64,000 nucleotides of DNA from an uncultured Oscillospiraceae bacterium (GCA_964518595.1 CAZFHA010000022.1:9-64008), one strand, 5' to 3'. Counted from the first letter of the stretch, positions 19,735 to 29,850 are shown. Translations and numbers: made by a program. Notes: generated from the sequence alone by a model not told the origin.

Positions 19735-22700
19735 ATGCACCTGAAAAAATTAGAAATCCAAGGCTTTAAATCCTTTCCGGAATATACTTTGGTTGAATTT
19801 GACCAAGGTATGACTGCAATTGTTGGGCCAAACGGCAGTGGTAAGTCAAATGTTACCGACGCTATTCGTTGGGTACTGGGCGAGCAGAGTGTTAAGACAC
19901 TGCGTGGCGGAAAGATGGAAGACGTAATTTTTAACGGAACTCAGTCTCGCAGAGCCATGAATTTTGCTGAAGTATCTATGACCATCGACAATAGTGATGG
20001 AGCTTTAGAGATTGACTACTCTGAGATCCAGGTTACAAGGCGTCTTTACCGTTCAGGAGAAAGTGAATATCAGATTAACCGGGTGAACTGCCGACTTAAG
20101 GATATTATTACCCTCTTTATGGACACCGGCTTAGGTAAGGATGGATACTCTATTGTTGGCCAGGGTCGGGTTGATGAGATTTTAAGTAACCGCTCTGAAG
20201 ACCGACGTAAGGTTCTGGAAGAAGCTTCAGGAATTGTTAAATACAAAGTGCGCAAAGAAGAGGCTGAGCGCAAACTTTTGGCTACCGAACAGAATTTGTT
20301 GCGTATCAGTGATGTTTTGGCAGAGCTGGAAGAACAGATTGGACCCCTGACGGAGCAAGCGGAGAAGGCGCGCACCTATCATAAGCTTTATGAGGAGTGG
20401 CGAAAGCTTGATGTAGGTCTAGCTTTGCACCTGATCGACCGCAATCAAGTTTTTTTATCTGCTGCTGAAGCTGAAGAGAAGGGGTTGGCAGAGGACGTCA
20501 AAGCCCAAGAAGATGCGATTCTAAGTATGCGTGAAAAGAATCGCCGATTAACTGAGCAGTCCGGCCTTTTAGAAGATCGTCTTGAGGAATACCGCCAAAA
20601 GGCTTCTGATATTTCTGAAGAAATACATGAGATACAAAGTAATTTGGCTGTTATGGCGGAGCGTATCACTCAAATTAATGAGCGAATTGCCCAGAGCCAG
20701 AATGAGGACGAAGGTGTAGTTGCAGCTCTGGATCGCTTGACGGGGGAACAGCAAGCCCAAGAAAAGAAGATCGAGACTTTAACCAAACAACGAGAGCAGT
20801 ACCGTCAGGCCTTATTGGAGCAAGAAGGAAATATGGCCGAGCTGCTTAAAACTTTAAATCAATCAGAGCAGGCCTTAGCTGAACTAAAAGGAAAGATGGA
20901 GCAGCTTCAGGAAGATCTGTTTGAAAAAAAGCAGTCTGCTGCCGAGCTTTTGGCCGATGTACGACTTTTGTCCTCCAGAGAAAAGAATTTAGAGGCAGAA
21001 CGGGTTCTCTCCATAACTGAGACCGATGCCTTACATATAAAAGTTGAAGAAGCCCAGAAACAGTTAAAGGATTTATTGGCCGATATTAATAAGGCCACAG
21101 CTGATTATGAAGATATTCGGGGCAAGATATCTACTTTGCGTGAGCAAAGAAAGACGGCGCAGATACAGTTGGAGCAGAAGCACCGCCAAGTTGACAATGT
21201 TAAATTTCGTCTTAAAACGCTCCAAGAGCTGGAGAAGAATAGAGAAGGCTATCAGGAGCCGGTTCGACGACTTTTGGCTGCCGCTGAGGAAAATGCCGAG
21301 CTTAAATCTGCTACCGTAGGTGTTTTGGGTGAATTGTTACGAGTGCACCCACGGTTTGAGACAGCTATTGAAATTGCTTTAGGTCAGGCACTTCATAATA
21401 TTGTTACACCTACAGAACAGGATGCCTCTTTTTTAATTCGCTACCTGAAAGAACATCATCTGGGTAGGGTGACTTTTTTACCGATCCGAGTCATTCGTCC
21501 ACGAGAGTTGGAGCCCAATTTCCGTAAAACAGCTGAAGGCTCTTCAGGCTTTTTGGGGTTAGCGGATGAGGTGGTAGACTATCCCCCTGAGCTTTCGGAT
21601 ATAGTTAAAAATTTATTAGGCCGAATTGTAGTCATGGAAAATCTTCAGGACGCTTTAGCTTTGGCTAAAAATACCGGCCATAATTTTCGTATTGTTACCC
21701 TAGAAGGAGATGTGGTAAATCCTGGTGGCTCTATGACCGGGGGTAGCATACGTCGACAAGGTAGTGGTTTACTCAGTCGTGGACGCGAGCTGGAGAGCGG
21801 CAAAGAAAAGCTGGAAACCTTGGAGAGAGAAATCACTTCGGAAGAGAAAGCTCTTGAACAGGTAGAAACTGAAATTCGCTCCTTAGGAACCGAAGAAGCT
21901 AAGATGGACGAGTATCTTCGTGGTTTGGGTCTAGAGCAGGCACGCGCTGAGGCTCAGGCTAACCAGCTATCCGTTGAACAACAGCGGGTAAAGGAGAAAC
22001 TAAGCAGTATTGACCGGGAGCTTCTTTCTCTTGAACAGCGTAAAGCCGATTTAGAGCAAAGTCATAAAGGCGCCGAGGCCTCTATTGTGCAGTGTGAAGA
22101 AGAAATGCTGCTTCTACGTCAGACTTTGGAGCAACGGGGAGATCAGAACAAGGCTGAACAAAGTAGCTTGGACGAGCTTCGCAATGATATTTCCAACCTG
22201 CGTATATCAGTAAGTTCACTAGAAGAGTCCCTTCGTGGCTGTCAAGCTGTTTCAGAGCGAATCCTCAGGGAGCAAGAAGGACACAAGGAAGGACTTCAAA
22301 AACAGCAGCAGGAGCGTGAGCGAGCTCAAGAAGAGCTAGAATTTTTAGCCATAGAGGTGGAAGAGAAGAAAGCCCAGCAAGGACAGCATAGAGCCTTGGA
22401 AGAAGCGACCTTAGCAGAGATTAAAGAAATCTTGAAGCAGAAGGAAGAAGTTGATCAAGGTCTTACTGGTTTTGCTGACTATCTTTCCGGAGCTACCGGT
22501 CGTTTGGCTAGTCTGCAAAATGAACTTACTAAGCTTCAATCTCGTACTGAAAGGTACGCTTTAGAAAGTGATGAATGGAAGAATCGTCTTTGGGAAGAGC
22601 ACGAACTTACCTATGACAATGCTGAGAGTTTTCGAATTGAGATTGAGAATCCGCAGCCGGTCTCACGGAAAATTGCCGACCTGAAAGGTAAAATGCGTGA

Positions 22701-23301
22701 ATTAGGACCAGTAAATTTGGCGGCTATCGAAGAGTATGAGCGAATTTACGACCGCTTGGTCTTTATGCAGAAGCAAAAAGAAGATATTGATACGGCCAAA
22801 GCCCACCTTTCTGGCATAATTGAAGAATTGACTGCCGAAATGCGTCAGCAATTTGTAAAGCATTTTGAAATTATTAATGAAAACTTTAAAGTAGTTTTCT
22901 CAGATTTGTTCAATGGTGGTACAGCTGAAATTCTGTTGGAAGATGAAGAAGACGTTTTGAAGTGCGGCATCGAGATTAAGGCTCAACCTCCCGGCAAGCG
23001 TCTTCAAAGCCTGACATTATTATCGGGTGGAGAGCGTTGTCTGACGGCAATTGCCTTATTATTTGCTATCCTGCAACTCAGACCCTCACCCTTTTGTGTG
23101 TTGGATGAGGTTGAAGCAGCACTGGATGACGTTAACGTAAATCGCTTTACTGATTTTGTACGGCGTTATACCAGCAAATCACAATTTATTCTAGTCACCC
23201 ACCGAAAAGGAACTATGGAGGCTTGTGATAGGATGTATGGTGTGACTATGCAGGAGCGTGGTATATCAAAGATATTATCCATGCGTTTAGGTGATTCATA
23301 A
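19735..23301 (+). CDS. smc: Chromosome partition protein Smc
   Basis: Walker A GPNGSGKSN, long coiled coils, a hinge, the signature LSGGERCLTAIALLFA, and Walker B CVLDEVEAALD. Confidence 0.96.
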   Translation: MHLKKLEIQGFKSFPEYTLVEFDQGMTAIVGPNGSGKSNVTDAIRWVLGEQSVKTLRGGKMEDVIFNGTQSRRAMNFAEVSMTIDNSDGALEIDYSEIQVTRRLYRSGESEYQINRVNCRLKDIITLFMDTGLGKDGYSIVGQGRVDEILSNRSEDRRKVLEEASGIVKYKVRKEEAERKLLATEQNLLRISDVLAELEEQIGPLTEQAEKARTYHKLYEEWRKLDVGLALHLIDRNQVFLSAAEAEEKGLAEDVKAQEDAILSMREKNRRLTEQSGLLEDRLEEYRQKASDISEEIHEIQSNLAVMAERITQINERIAQSQNEDEGVVAALDRLTGEQQAQEKKIETLTKQREQYRQALLEQEGNMAELLKTLNQSEQALAELKGKMEQLQEDLFEKKQSAAELLADVRLLSSREKNLEAERVLSITETDALHIKVEEAQKQLKDLLADINKATADYEDIRGKISTLREQRKTAQIQLEQKHRQVDNVKFRLKTLQELEKNREGYQEPVRRLLAAAEENAELKSATVGVLGELLRVHPRFETAIEIALGQALHNIVTPTEQDASFLIRYLKEHHLGRVTFLPIRVIRPRELEPNFRKTAEGSSGFLGLADEVVDYPPELSDIVKNLLGRIVVMENLQDALALAKNTGHNFRIVTLEGDVVNPGGSMTGGSIRRQGSGLLSRGRELESGKEKLETLEREITSEEKALEQVETEIRSLGTEEAKMDEYLRGLGLEQARAEAQANQLSVEQQRVKEKLSSIDRELLSLEQRKADLEQSHKGAEASIVQCEEEMLLLRQTLEQRGDQNKAEQSSLDELRNDISNLRISVSSLEESLRGCQAVSERILREQEGHKEGLQKQQQERERAQEELEFLAIEVEEKKAQQGQHRALEEATLAEIKEILKQKEEVDQGLTGFADYLSGATGRLASLQNELTKLQSRTERYALESDEWKNRLWEEHELTYDNAESFRIEIENPQPVSRKIADLKGKMRELGPVNLAAIEEYERIYDRLVFMQKQKEDIDTAKAHLSGIIEELTAEMRQQFVKHFEIINENFKVVFSDLFNGGTAEILLEDEEDVLKCGIEIKAQPPGKRLQSLTLLSGGERCLTAIALLFAILQLRPSPFCVLDEVEAALDDVNVNRFTDFVRRYTSKSQFILVTHRKGTMEACDRMYGVTMQERGISKILSMRLGDS

Positions 23302-23349
23302 TACACCCGTCTGCGTGACGGAACTAATTAAGAGAGAAGGAGTCGTTTT

Positions 23350-24273
23350 ATGGGGATTTTTGATGTTTTTAAAAAAGGGCTTTCCAAAACCCGCGGCTTT
23401 GTAAGTGATGGTTTGGCTAAAATTACCGCTAAAATGGGGCGCTTCGATGAGGAGATGCTAGAAGAACTAGAAATGCTTCTGGTTCAAGCCGATGTAGGCG
23501 TCGGTGCTACGCTGCAAATCATGGACGGGATTCGTGAAAACATTAAAACCAGCGGTGATGCTTCCCAGGAAGCTGTACTAAACACCCTCTCGCAACAGAT
23601 GTTGGCTATTCTTGGGCCCCAGAAGCAATTGGAGATTGAGGAGGGTAATTTAAACATTATTCTGATGGTTGGGGTAAATGGTACAGGCAAAACTACCACA
23701 GCAGGTAAACTTTGCTTGCGTTATAAAAATCAGGGGAAGAAAGTTCTTTTGGCTGCAGCCGATACTTTTCGGGCAGCAGCTATTGAACAACTGACAGTTT
23801 GGGGCGAACGAACTCAAACTGCTGTGATCGCCCATGAAGAAGGTTCTGACCCTGCCTCTGTCTGCTATGACGCTATTCATGCAGCCTTAGCACGGAAGGT
23901 AGATGTCTTGATTATTGATACGGCCGGACGCCTTCATAACAAACAAAATTTGATGGATGAACTTTCCAAAATACGGCGAATTATTGGTAGGGAAGCGGCT
24001 GCGGCACATTGCCAAACGCTATTAATCATTGATGCTACCACCGGGCAAAATGCCGTGATGCAGGCAGATATCTTTTCAAAAGCCGTTCCTCTATCCGGGG
24101 TGGGAATAACTAAGTTAGACGGCAATGCTAAAGGTGGTGTGGCTGTTTCAGTGGCTTATGCTACCAAGTGTCCGATTCTTTTGGCCGGTTTGGGAGAAGG
24201 TGCTGAAGATTTAGTTGATTTTGATCCGGAAATCTTTGTTAGTTCATTATTACCTGAACTGCCGGAGAATTGA
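23350..24273 (+). CDS. ftsY: Signal recognition particle receptor FtsY (short form)
   Basis: NG domain motifs GVNGTGKTTT, DTAGR, TKLDG and GLGEG. Confidence 0.95.
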   Translation: MGIFDVFKKGLSKTRGFVSDGLAKITAKMGRFDEEMLEELEMLLVQADVGVGATLQIMDGIRENIKTSGDASQEAVLNTLSQQMLAILGPQKQLEIEEGNLNIILMVGVNGTGKTTTAGKLCLRYKNQGKKVLLAAADTFRAAAIEQLTVWGERTQTAVIAHEEGSDPASVCYDAIHAALARKVDVLIIDTAGRLHNKQNLMDELSKIRRIIGREAAAAHCQTLLIIDATTGQNAVMQADIFSKAVPLSGVGITKLDGNAKGGVAVSVAYATKCPILLAGLGEGAEDLVDFDPEIFVSSLLPELPEN

Positions 24274-24350
24274 TGTGATGAGCTGCATCATTATCTCCAT
24301 ACGTGGATAATGATAGCCAAGGATTTACTGGGGCTGAACTATAGAATTTA

Positions 24351-24379
24351 AGAGGGGGGCAATTTGCCCCCCTCTTTTT
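24351..24379. terminator. Bidirectional intrinsic terminator between ftsY and trmL
   Basis: Perfect 10-bp GC-rich stem AGAGGGGGGC/GCCCCCCTCT with loop AATTT. TTTT follows on the + strand. On the minus-strand side it is flanked by TAAATT; the A tract upstream is weak. Confidence 0.8.
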
Positions 24380-24382
24380 GGG

Positions 24383-24871
24383 TTACCAGGAACTTCTATG
24401 GAGCTGACCTTCCCCTTGCAGTCCGGCGAAGTTGTTTTGTCTTAGCCCCTCGTATAAGATAACTGCAGCGGCATTAGAGAGATTCAAGGATCTTTGCCCG
24501 GCTAACATGGGTATCCGAATACATAGTTCGGGATGCTCCTTGAGAATCTCCTCGGGAATGCCGGCGCTTTCTTTACCAAACATGATGAAGTCTTCCGGAT
24601 TAAACTTGATATCGCTATAATTTTTAGTTGCCTTAGTAGTTGCCATGTAGACCGTTGCTTTCTGATTTTGCTGATAAAAGTCCATGATATTATCGTAGTA
24701 GAAGACTTTTAGTTCCGGCCAGTAATCTAAACCGGCTCTTTGCAAAGATTTATCATCAGTGGAAAATCCTAAGGGTCTAATCAAATGCAAGGCTGTGCCG
24801 GTTAAGACACAGGTGCGACCAATATTTCCAGTATTTGCAGGTATTTCCGGTTCCAGTAAAACAATATTCAT
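24383..24871 (-). CDS. trmL: tRNA (cytidine/uridine-2'-O-)-methyltransferase TrmL (SpoU family)
   Basis: MNIVLLEPEIPANTGNIGRTC and SLNLSNAAAVILYE, about 160 aa. Confidence 0.85.
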   Translation of the reverse strand: MNIVLLEPEIPANTGNIGRTCVLTGTALHLIRPLGFSTDDKSLQRAGLDYWPELKVFYYDNIMDFYQQNQKATVYMATTKATKNYSDIKFNPEDFIMFGKESAGIPEEILKEHPELCIRIPMLAGQRSLNLSNAAAVILYEGLRQNNFAGLQGEGQLHRSSW

Positions 24872-25021
24872 GCAAGCTTCACATCCTTGTGTTATGTATT
24901 TTGAATATAGGGATTATCATAAAATATCAGAGTTTGCCGATCGGAACTCTGAACCTCAGTGCTATTTTACTATTCCTCAGTGGTCTTGAATAGTAGTTTT
25001 ATCTCTGCAAAGTAAAAATGC

Positions 25022-25050
25022 TTGACAGCATGACTGCTTTCCCTTATTCT
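25022..25050 (+). promoter_or_regulatory. Candidate promoter of ylxM-ffh
   Basis: TTGACA, a 17-nt spacer, then TATTCT. Confidence 0.45.
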
Positions 25051-25077
25051 TAGTTAGGACTATAAGGAAGGTGTTCT

Positions 25078-25398
25078 ATGGATGTAGTTGATGCTTCCCT
25101 ACTGCTGGATTTTTATGGTCAGCTTTTGACAGAGCGTATGCGGTTGATTTTGGAACTGTATTTTAATGAGGATATGTCATTAGCTGAGATTGCAGAACAG
25201 GAAGATGTTTCCCGACAAGCTGTGCATGATACTGTGCGCCGAGGGATGAATCAACTGAGAGCATATGAAGATAAACTGAGGTTATTAGAACGTTTTGCTT
25301 CCCAGCAAGAGATTGCCCGTAAGGCTTTGGCCGCAATTAAGCAGGGACAAGCCGCGAGGGCAGAGGAACTTCTAAGCAACTTAATTGATACTTTATAA
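25078..25398 (+). CDS. ylxM: YlxM/UPF0122 helix-turn-helix protein (sigma-70 region-4-like)
   Basis: LLDFYGQLLTERMRLILELYFNEDMSLAEIAEQEDVSRQAVHD. Conserved position immediately upstream of ffh. Confidence 0.85.
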   Translation: MDVVDASLLLDFYGQLLTERMRLILELYFNEDMSLAEIAEQEDVSRQAVHDTVRRGMNQLRAYEDKLRLLERFASQQEIARKALAAIKQGQAARAEELLSNLIDTL

Positions 25399-25423
25399 CG
25401 ATGAGAGTGAGCGGATAGAAAAG

Positions 25424-26767
25424 ATGTTTGAGAGTCTTTCGACAAAATTGCAGAATATTACATCTCGTATGCGGGGCAAGGCTCGGGTGACGGATCAGGA
25501 CATCAAAGAAATGATGAAAGAGATCCGCATGGCCTTGTTGGAAGCTGATGTTAACTATACCGTTGTGAAAGAGTTTGTTGCCGAGATGTCTGAACGCTGT
25601 AAGGGTCAAGACATAATGACCAGTCTTACCCCCGGCCAACAAATTGTTAAGATTGTTCATGAATCCTTGGTGGAACTTTTAGGTGGGGCTAGCGGCAAGA
25701 TTGCCGTCTCGCCCTCCGGCTTTACGGTTATTATGCTCTATGGTCTTCAGGGTGCAGGTAAGACAACTACCGCTGCTAAGCTGGCTCTTTTGCTGAAAAA
25801 GGGTGGCAAGCGTCCGATGTTGACTTCAGTAGACGTGCATCGTCCGGCGGCCGCCAGACAATTAGATATTCTTGCTACTAAGGTAGATGTACCTTGTTTT
25901 ATTTTGCCAGAAGAGCCATCGCCTACCGTAATTGCGGAGAAAGCTATTGCTCGTGCTCGTTATTTGCTCTGTGATACTTTGATTGTTGATACCGCCGGGC
26001 GTATGACGGTGGATAACGAGTTGATGGCTGAGCTTGTAGCCATTGGTGAGGTTGTTAAGCCTACCGAGAAGCTTTTAGTCGTTGATGCCATGATTGGTCA
26101 AGAGGCGGTGGGAGTTGCCCAGGCCTTTGAAGAGGCCATCGGGCTTGATGGTTTTATCATGACCAAGCTTGACGGTGATGCCAGAGGCGGTGCGGCTTTG
26201 TCCATTCGTAAGATGACCGGTAAACCTATTAAACTTATCTGCGTAGGCGAGAAGGTTGAGGATATTGAAGAATATTATCCCGATCGAATGGCTAACCGGA
26301 TTCTGGGAATGGGCGATGTTCTTTCCTTAATTGAGAAAGCCCAGCAGTCATTAGACGAAGACTCTGCTAAAGCCACCATGGATCGTCTGATGAAGAACAG
26401 CTTTGATTTGAATGATATGCTGGCAATGTTTGAGCAGACACAGAAGATGGGGTCAATCAAAGATGTACTTAACATGGTTCCGGGTGTAGGCAGTAAGCTG
26501 AAAGACCAACAAATAGATGAGTCAATCATCGGTACGAATATGGCGATTATTCGCTCAATGACCGCTAAGGAAAGGCGGGTACCACAAATATTAAATGCCA
26601 GCCGTAGAAAGCGGATTGCACAAGGTTCAGGAACTACCGTTCAACAAGTTAATCAGTTGATCAAGCAATATGACCAATCGGCTCAAATGATGAAGCAGTT
26701 TTCTAAGATGGGCAAAGGCAAGGGTAAAGGAATGGGAATGTTTGGCCGTAAGGGTTTTCCATTCTAA
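25424..26767 (+). CDS. ffh: Signal recognition particle protein Ffh
   Basis: MFESLSTKLQ..., GLQGAGKTTT, DTAGR, TKLDGDARGGAALS, and a Met-rich M domain with a GKGKGKGMGMF tail. I prefer the start at 25424 because it matches the conserved N terminus. Confidence 0.96.
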   Translation: MFESLSTKLQNITSRMRGKARVTDQDIKEMMKEIRMALLEADVNYTVVKEFVAEMSERCKGQDIMTSLTPGQQIVKIVHESLVELLGGASGKIAVSPSGFTVIMLYGLQGAGKTTTAAKLALLLKKGGKRPMLTSVDVHRPAAARQLDILATKVDVPCFILPEEPSPTVIAEKAIARARYLLCDTLIVDTAGRMTVDNELMAELVAIGEVVKPTEKLLVVDAMIGQEAVGVAQAFEEAIGLDGFIMTKLDGDARGGAALSIRKMTGKPIKLICVGEKVEDIEEYYPDRMANRILGMGDVLSLIEKAQQSLDEDSAKATMDRLMKNSFDLNDMLAMFEQTQKMGSIKDVLNMVPGVGSKLKDQQIDESIIGTNMAIIRSMTAKERRVPQILNASRRKRIAQGSGTTVQQVNQLIKQYDQSAQMMKQFSKMGKGKGKGMGMFGRKGFPF

Positions 26768-26839
26768 ATAATTAAAGAGCCATTCACGCATTAAGATGCG
26801 AGAAGATAAAAAGTGTATTGATTCACAGGAGGAAAGAAA

Positions 26840-27085
26840 ATGGCAGTTAAAATCAGATTAAAAAGAATGGGTGCAAAGAAGGCTCCTTTCTATCGTGTTG
26901 TTGTGGCAGATTCACGTTTTCCAAGAGATGGACGTTTTATTGAAGAAATCGGCACCTACAATCCTTTGAAAGAGCCGGCTGAAGTTAACATCGATGTTGA
27001 AGCCGCTCAGAAATGGATTAAGAATGGTGCTCAACCAACAGATACAGTTCGTTCACTTTTAAAGAAGACCGGAGCTATTTCTTAA
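26840..27085 (+). CDS. rpsP: 30S ribosomal protein S16
   Basis: [26 protein letters not shown]. Confidence 0.97.
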   Translation: MAVKIRLKRMGAKKAPFYRVVVADSRFPRDGRFIEEIGTYNPLKEPAEVNIDVEAAQKWIKNGAQPTDTVRSLLKKTGAIS

Positions 27086-27157
27086 GAAATAGCATCCTAT
27101 TTTGTGACTGGATGAAAGGAGGATGACAAGAGTTTTAGAACTTTTGTCAGATCAGGT

Positions 27158-27388
27158 ATGAGTGATCTACTTTCAACTATAGCCAAAGCACTGGTGAATA
27201 ATCCAGAAGCGGTGGCAGTGAACAAAACAGAGCGGGGGAATGTGGTGGTTTTAGAGCTATCCGTTGCTCCGGAAGATATGGGCAAAGTTATTGGAAAAGG
27301 TGGACGCAGAGCGCAGGCTATTCGGACGATTATGAAGGCACAGTATCTGAATACCGGCAAACGCGTTATTGTTGATATCGTACAATGA
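27158..27388 (+). CDS. khpA: KH-domain RNA-binding protein (YlqC/KhpA family)
   Basis: KH motif VIGKGGRRAQAIRTI. Conserved position between rpsP and rimM. Confidence 0.85.
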   Translation: MSDLLSTIAKALVNNPEAVAVNKTERGNVVVLELSVAPEDMGKVIGKGGRRAQAIRTIMKAQYLNTGKRVIVDIVQ

Positions 27389-27924
27389 AGGATTATTTTA
27401 TTATTGGTAAGTTGGGGCGAGCTCACGGTATACAGGGAGAAATTAAATGTTTTCCCCTTACCGATGATCCTCATCGGTTTGAGGGGCTTACTAAATGCCT
27501 CCTTTTAGCACCGGATGAGAAACTGATTTCTCCTATGGATATTAGTAAAGTTCGTGTCAGCGGCGACCAAGTATGTATATCTTTCTCAACGGTTTCTAAC
27601 CGGGACGCAGCACAGAAACTTTGTCACTGCTTTGTAGCTGTACCTAGAGAAGCAGCAGCCAAGCTCCCAGAGGGGCGCTATTTTATCGCTGACCTGGTTG
27701 GCTGTCGGATGGTTGATCTTCTTGAGGGTGAACTTGGTTTAGTAAAAGATATTTTACAAACCGGGGCTAACGATGTTTTTGTAGTATCCCGTCCGGGAAA
27801 GCCTGAACTATTGGTTCCCTATCTGAACCGAATCGTGCAATCTGTGGACATTTCTAACCGTTTAATTCAGGTAGAGCTTCCAGAAGGACTGCTTGAAATC
27901 TACTCAGGTTCGCAAGAGAAATAA
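27385..27924 (+). CDS. rimM: 16S rRNA processing protein RimM
   Basis: IGKLGRAHGIQGEIK and a PRC-barrel C-terminal domain. ATGA overlap with the KH gene. Confidence 0.9.
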   Translation: MKDYFIIGKLGRAHGIQGEIKCFPLTDDPHRFEGLTKCLLLAPDEKLISPMDISKVRVSGDQVCISFSTVSNRDAAQKLCHCFVAVPREAAAKLPEGRYFIADLVGCRMVDLLEGELGLVKDILQTGANDVFVVSRPGKPELLVPYLNRIVQSVDISNRLIQVELPEGLLEIYSGSQEK

Positions 27925-27995
27925 TTTGTCTGTCTTAAAATGTTATGTAGAGGGCGGTACTTTTTTGAAGGTATCGCTCTTTTTTAGGAGGCTTT

Positions 27996-28748
27996 ATGCA
28001 CTTTACCCTTTTGTCCTTGTTTCCCGAACAAGTTCGTAACTTTCTATCAGAAAGTATTACCGGTCGAGCATTGGAAAAACAGCTTTTTACTTTAGAGACT
28101 GTTCAGATTAGAAGTTTTGTTAGGAATCGATACGGTAAAGTTGACGATACACTCTTCGGTGGCGGTACGGGGATGCTGATGCAGTGTGAGCCTATTTACA
28201 ACGCCTGGCGAGCAACTAAAAAATCCGAGACGGCGCATACGATTTTTTTATCACCTAAAGGGAAAGTTTTTAATCAGGCCAAAGCCTTAGAGCTGGCAAA
28301 GCACGAGGAATTAATCCTCATTTGTGGACACTATGAAGGTGTAGACCAACGGGTCATTGATGAAATTGTAGATGAAGAGATTTCCATTGGCGACTATGTT
28401 CTAACGGGGGGAGAAATTGCGGCCTGCGTGGTCATAGATGCCATTGCGCGTCTACTCCCAGGGGTTTTACCTGACTCTTCTGCCTATGAAGAAGAATCAC
28501 ATATGGCAGGGGTTCTAGAGGCACCACAATATACCAGGCCGGAAATTTGGCACGAGCGCAGAGTTCCTAAAATTTTGTTATCCGGTCATCATGAAAAAAT
28601 AAGACAATGGCGTAGATTAGCTGGACTCTATGATACTTGGCAAAAGCGACCGGATTTATTTGAGGCTTTGCAACTATCAGAAGAAGATTGGCGGCTCCTA
28701 CTGGCTTTCCATGAGCCATCAGGACTAGAACAGCCGGAGATTCTTTGA
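27996..28748 (+). CDS. trmD: tRNA (guanine37-N1)-methyltransferase
   Basis: F.LLSLFPE...DDTLFGGGTGMLM...ICGHYEGVDQRV...EISIGDYVLTGGE...LLSGHHEKIRQWR. Confidence 0.95.
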   Translation: MHFTLLSLFPEQVRNFLSESITGRALEKQLFTLETVQIRSFVRNRYGKVDDTLFGGGTGMLMQCEPIYNAWRATKKSETAHTIFLSPKGKVFNQAKALELAKHEELILICGHYEGVDQRVIDEIVDEEISIGDYVLTGGEIAACVVIDAIARLLPGVLPDSSAYEEESHMAGVLEAPQYTRPEIWHERRVPKILLSGHHEKIRQWRRLAGLYDTWQKRPDLFEALQLSEEDWRLLLAFHEPSGLEQPEIL

Positions 28749-28813
28749 TTATTTTTGATAGGTTTGTGCTAATAGGTTAAATATTTTCTTGACAAATATA
28801 TTGGAGACGGAAA

Positions 28814-29761
28814 ATGAGAAAGATAATAATTGACTGTGATCCTGGGCAGGATGATGCTATTGCACTTCTGTTAGCAACCAGAGCTGATAACATTAAAATA
28901 TTAGGTGTAACTACGGTAGAAGGTAATTGTAGTTTGCGGCTTACAACAAAAAATGCTTTACAGGTCTTAAACTTTGCCGGTGTTTTTGATATTCCTGTGT
29001 ATCCAGGTTGTGATAATCCTAACCAATTTGGTAAAGACCCCCAGCAGGAAGAGATTGGGTTAGGTGGAGTAAGCCTTCCGGCTTCGAGTCAAAGAGCGCA
29101 AGATAAACATGCTGTTGATTATCTTATTGAAGAGCTTTTAGCCAATGAAGACAAAATAAACATTGTCGCTTTAGGCCCCTTAACCAATATTGCTTTGGCG
29201 CTTGAAAAAGCTCCAGAAATTAAGGCTAAAATTCAGTCTCTTATAATTATGGGTGGAGCAATTTTTGTGCCTGGAAATATTACTTCAACTGCTGAGTTTA
29301 ATATCTATCTAGATCCAAGTGCAGCGCAAAGGGTTTTTCAAAGTGGCTGCGATATCTATTTGAATACACTGGATATTTCGATGAAGGCAGTCTTCACCGT
29401 GGCTGATATTCAGAACTTGGCCCGGAAGAGCGACAAGATATCCAAGTTTGTCGCCCAGCTTCTGGACAAATATTCTTATGCCCATGTAGACTATTTTGGC
29501 TTTCCTGCTTGTCCGGTACATGATGCGCTTTGTGTTGCTGCACTTATAGATGAGAGGCTAATTTCTTATAAAAAAGTCTACTGCGATATTAGTTTAGTGG
29601 AAGATGAGACCTTGGGTGCTGTAGTTGTAGATACTCAGCGCCGTCCGAACGTACATATTTCCACCGATATAGACATTCCTAAGTTTATTCACATGATAAC
29701 CGAGCACTTGGGGCGTCCCTACCGAAATCATGGTAATAACTTGCACTTGCTAGATTTATAA
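28814..29761 (+). CDS. Inosine/uridine-preferring nucleoside hydrolase family protein
   Basis: N-terminal signature IIDCDPGQDDAIALLLA (the DxDxxxDD Ca-binding motif), ALGPLTNIALA, and an EFNI..DP region. Confidence 0.85.
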   Translation: MRKIIIDCDPGQDDAIALLLATRADNIKILGVTTVEGNCSLRLTTKNALQVLNFAGVFDIPVYPGCDNPNQFGKDPQQEEIGLGGVSLPASSQRAQDKHAVDYLIEELLANEDKINIVALGPLTNIALALEKAPEIKAKIQSLIIMGGAIFVPGNITSTAEFNIYLDPSAAQRVFQSGCDIYLNTLDISMKAVFTVADIQNLARKSDKISKFVAQLLDKYSYAHVDYFGFPACPVHDALCVAALIDERLISYKKVYCDISLVEDETLGAVVVDTQRRPNVHISTDIDIPKFIHMITEHLGRPYRNHGNNLHLLDL

Positions 29762-29775
29762 ACCTGTGATAAAAT
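29747..29775 (+). promoter_or_regulatory. Candidate rplS promoter
   Basis: TTGCTA, a 17-nt spacer, then TAAAAT. It overlaps the end of the hydrolase gene, about 75 nt before rplS. Confidence 0.5.
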
Positions 29776-29850
29776 TTTAACGGTTAAAAGGGATGGTCCG
29801 CTGTCAGGTATATGGCATGAACATCTATCGGAAGAGGAGGAAAAGATACT

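Noticed and set aside
27925-27995. A hairpin plus T run between rimM and trmD, considered as an internal terminator.
   Set aside because: The stem is imperfect (several mismatches and bulges when paired by hand), and the two genes are normally co-transcribed. At most it is a weak attenuator.
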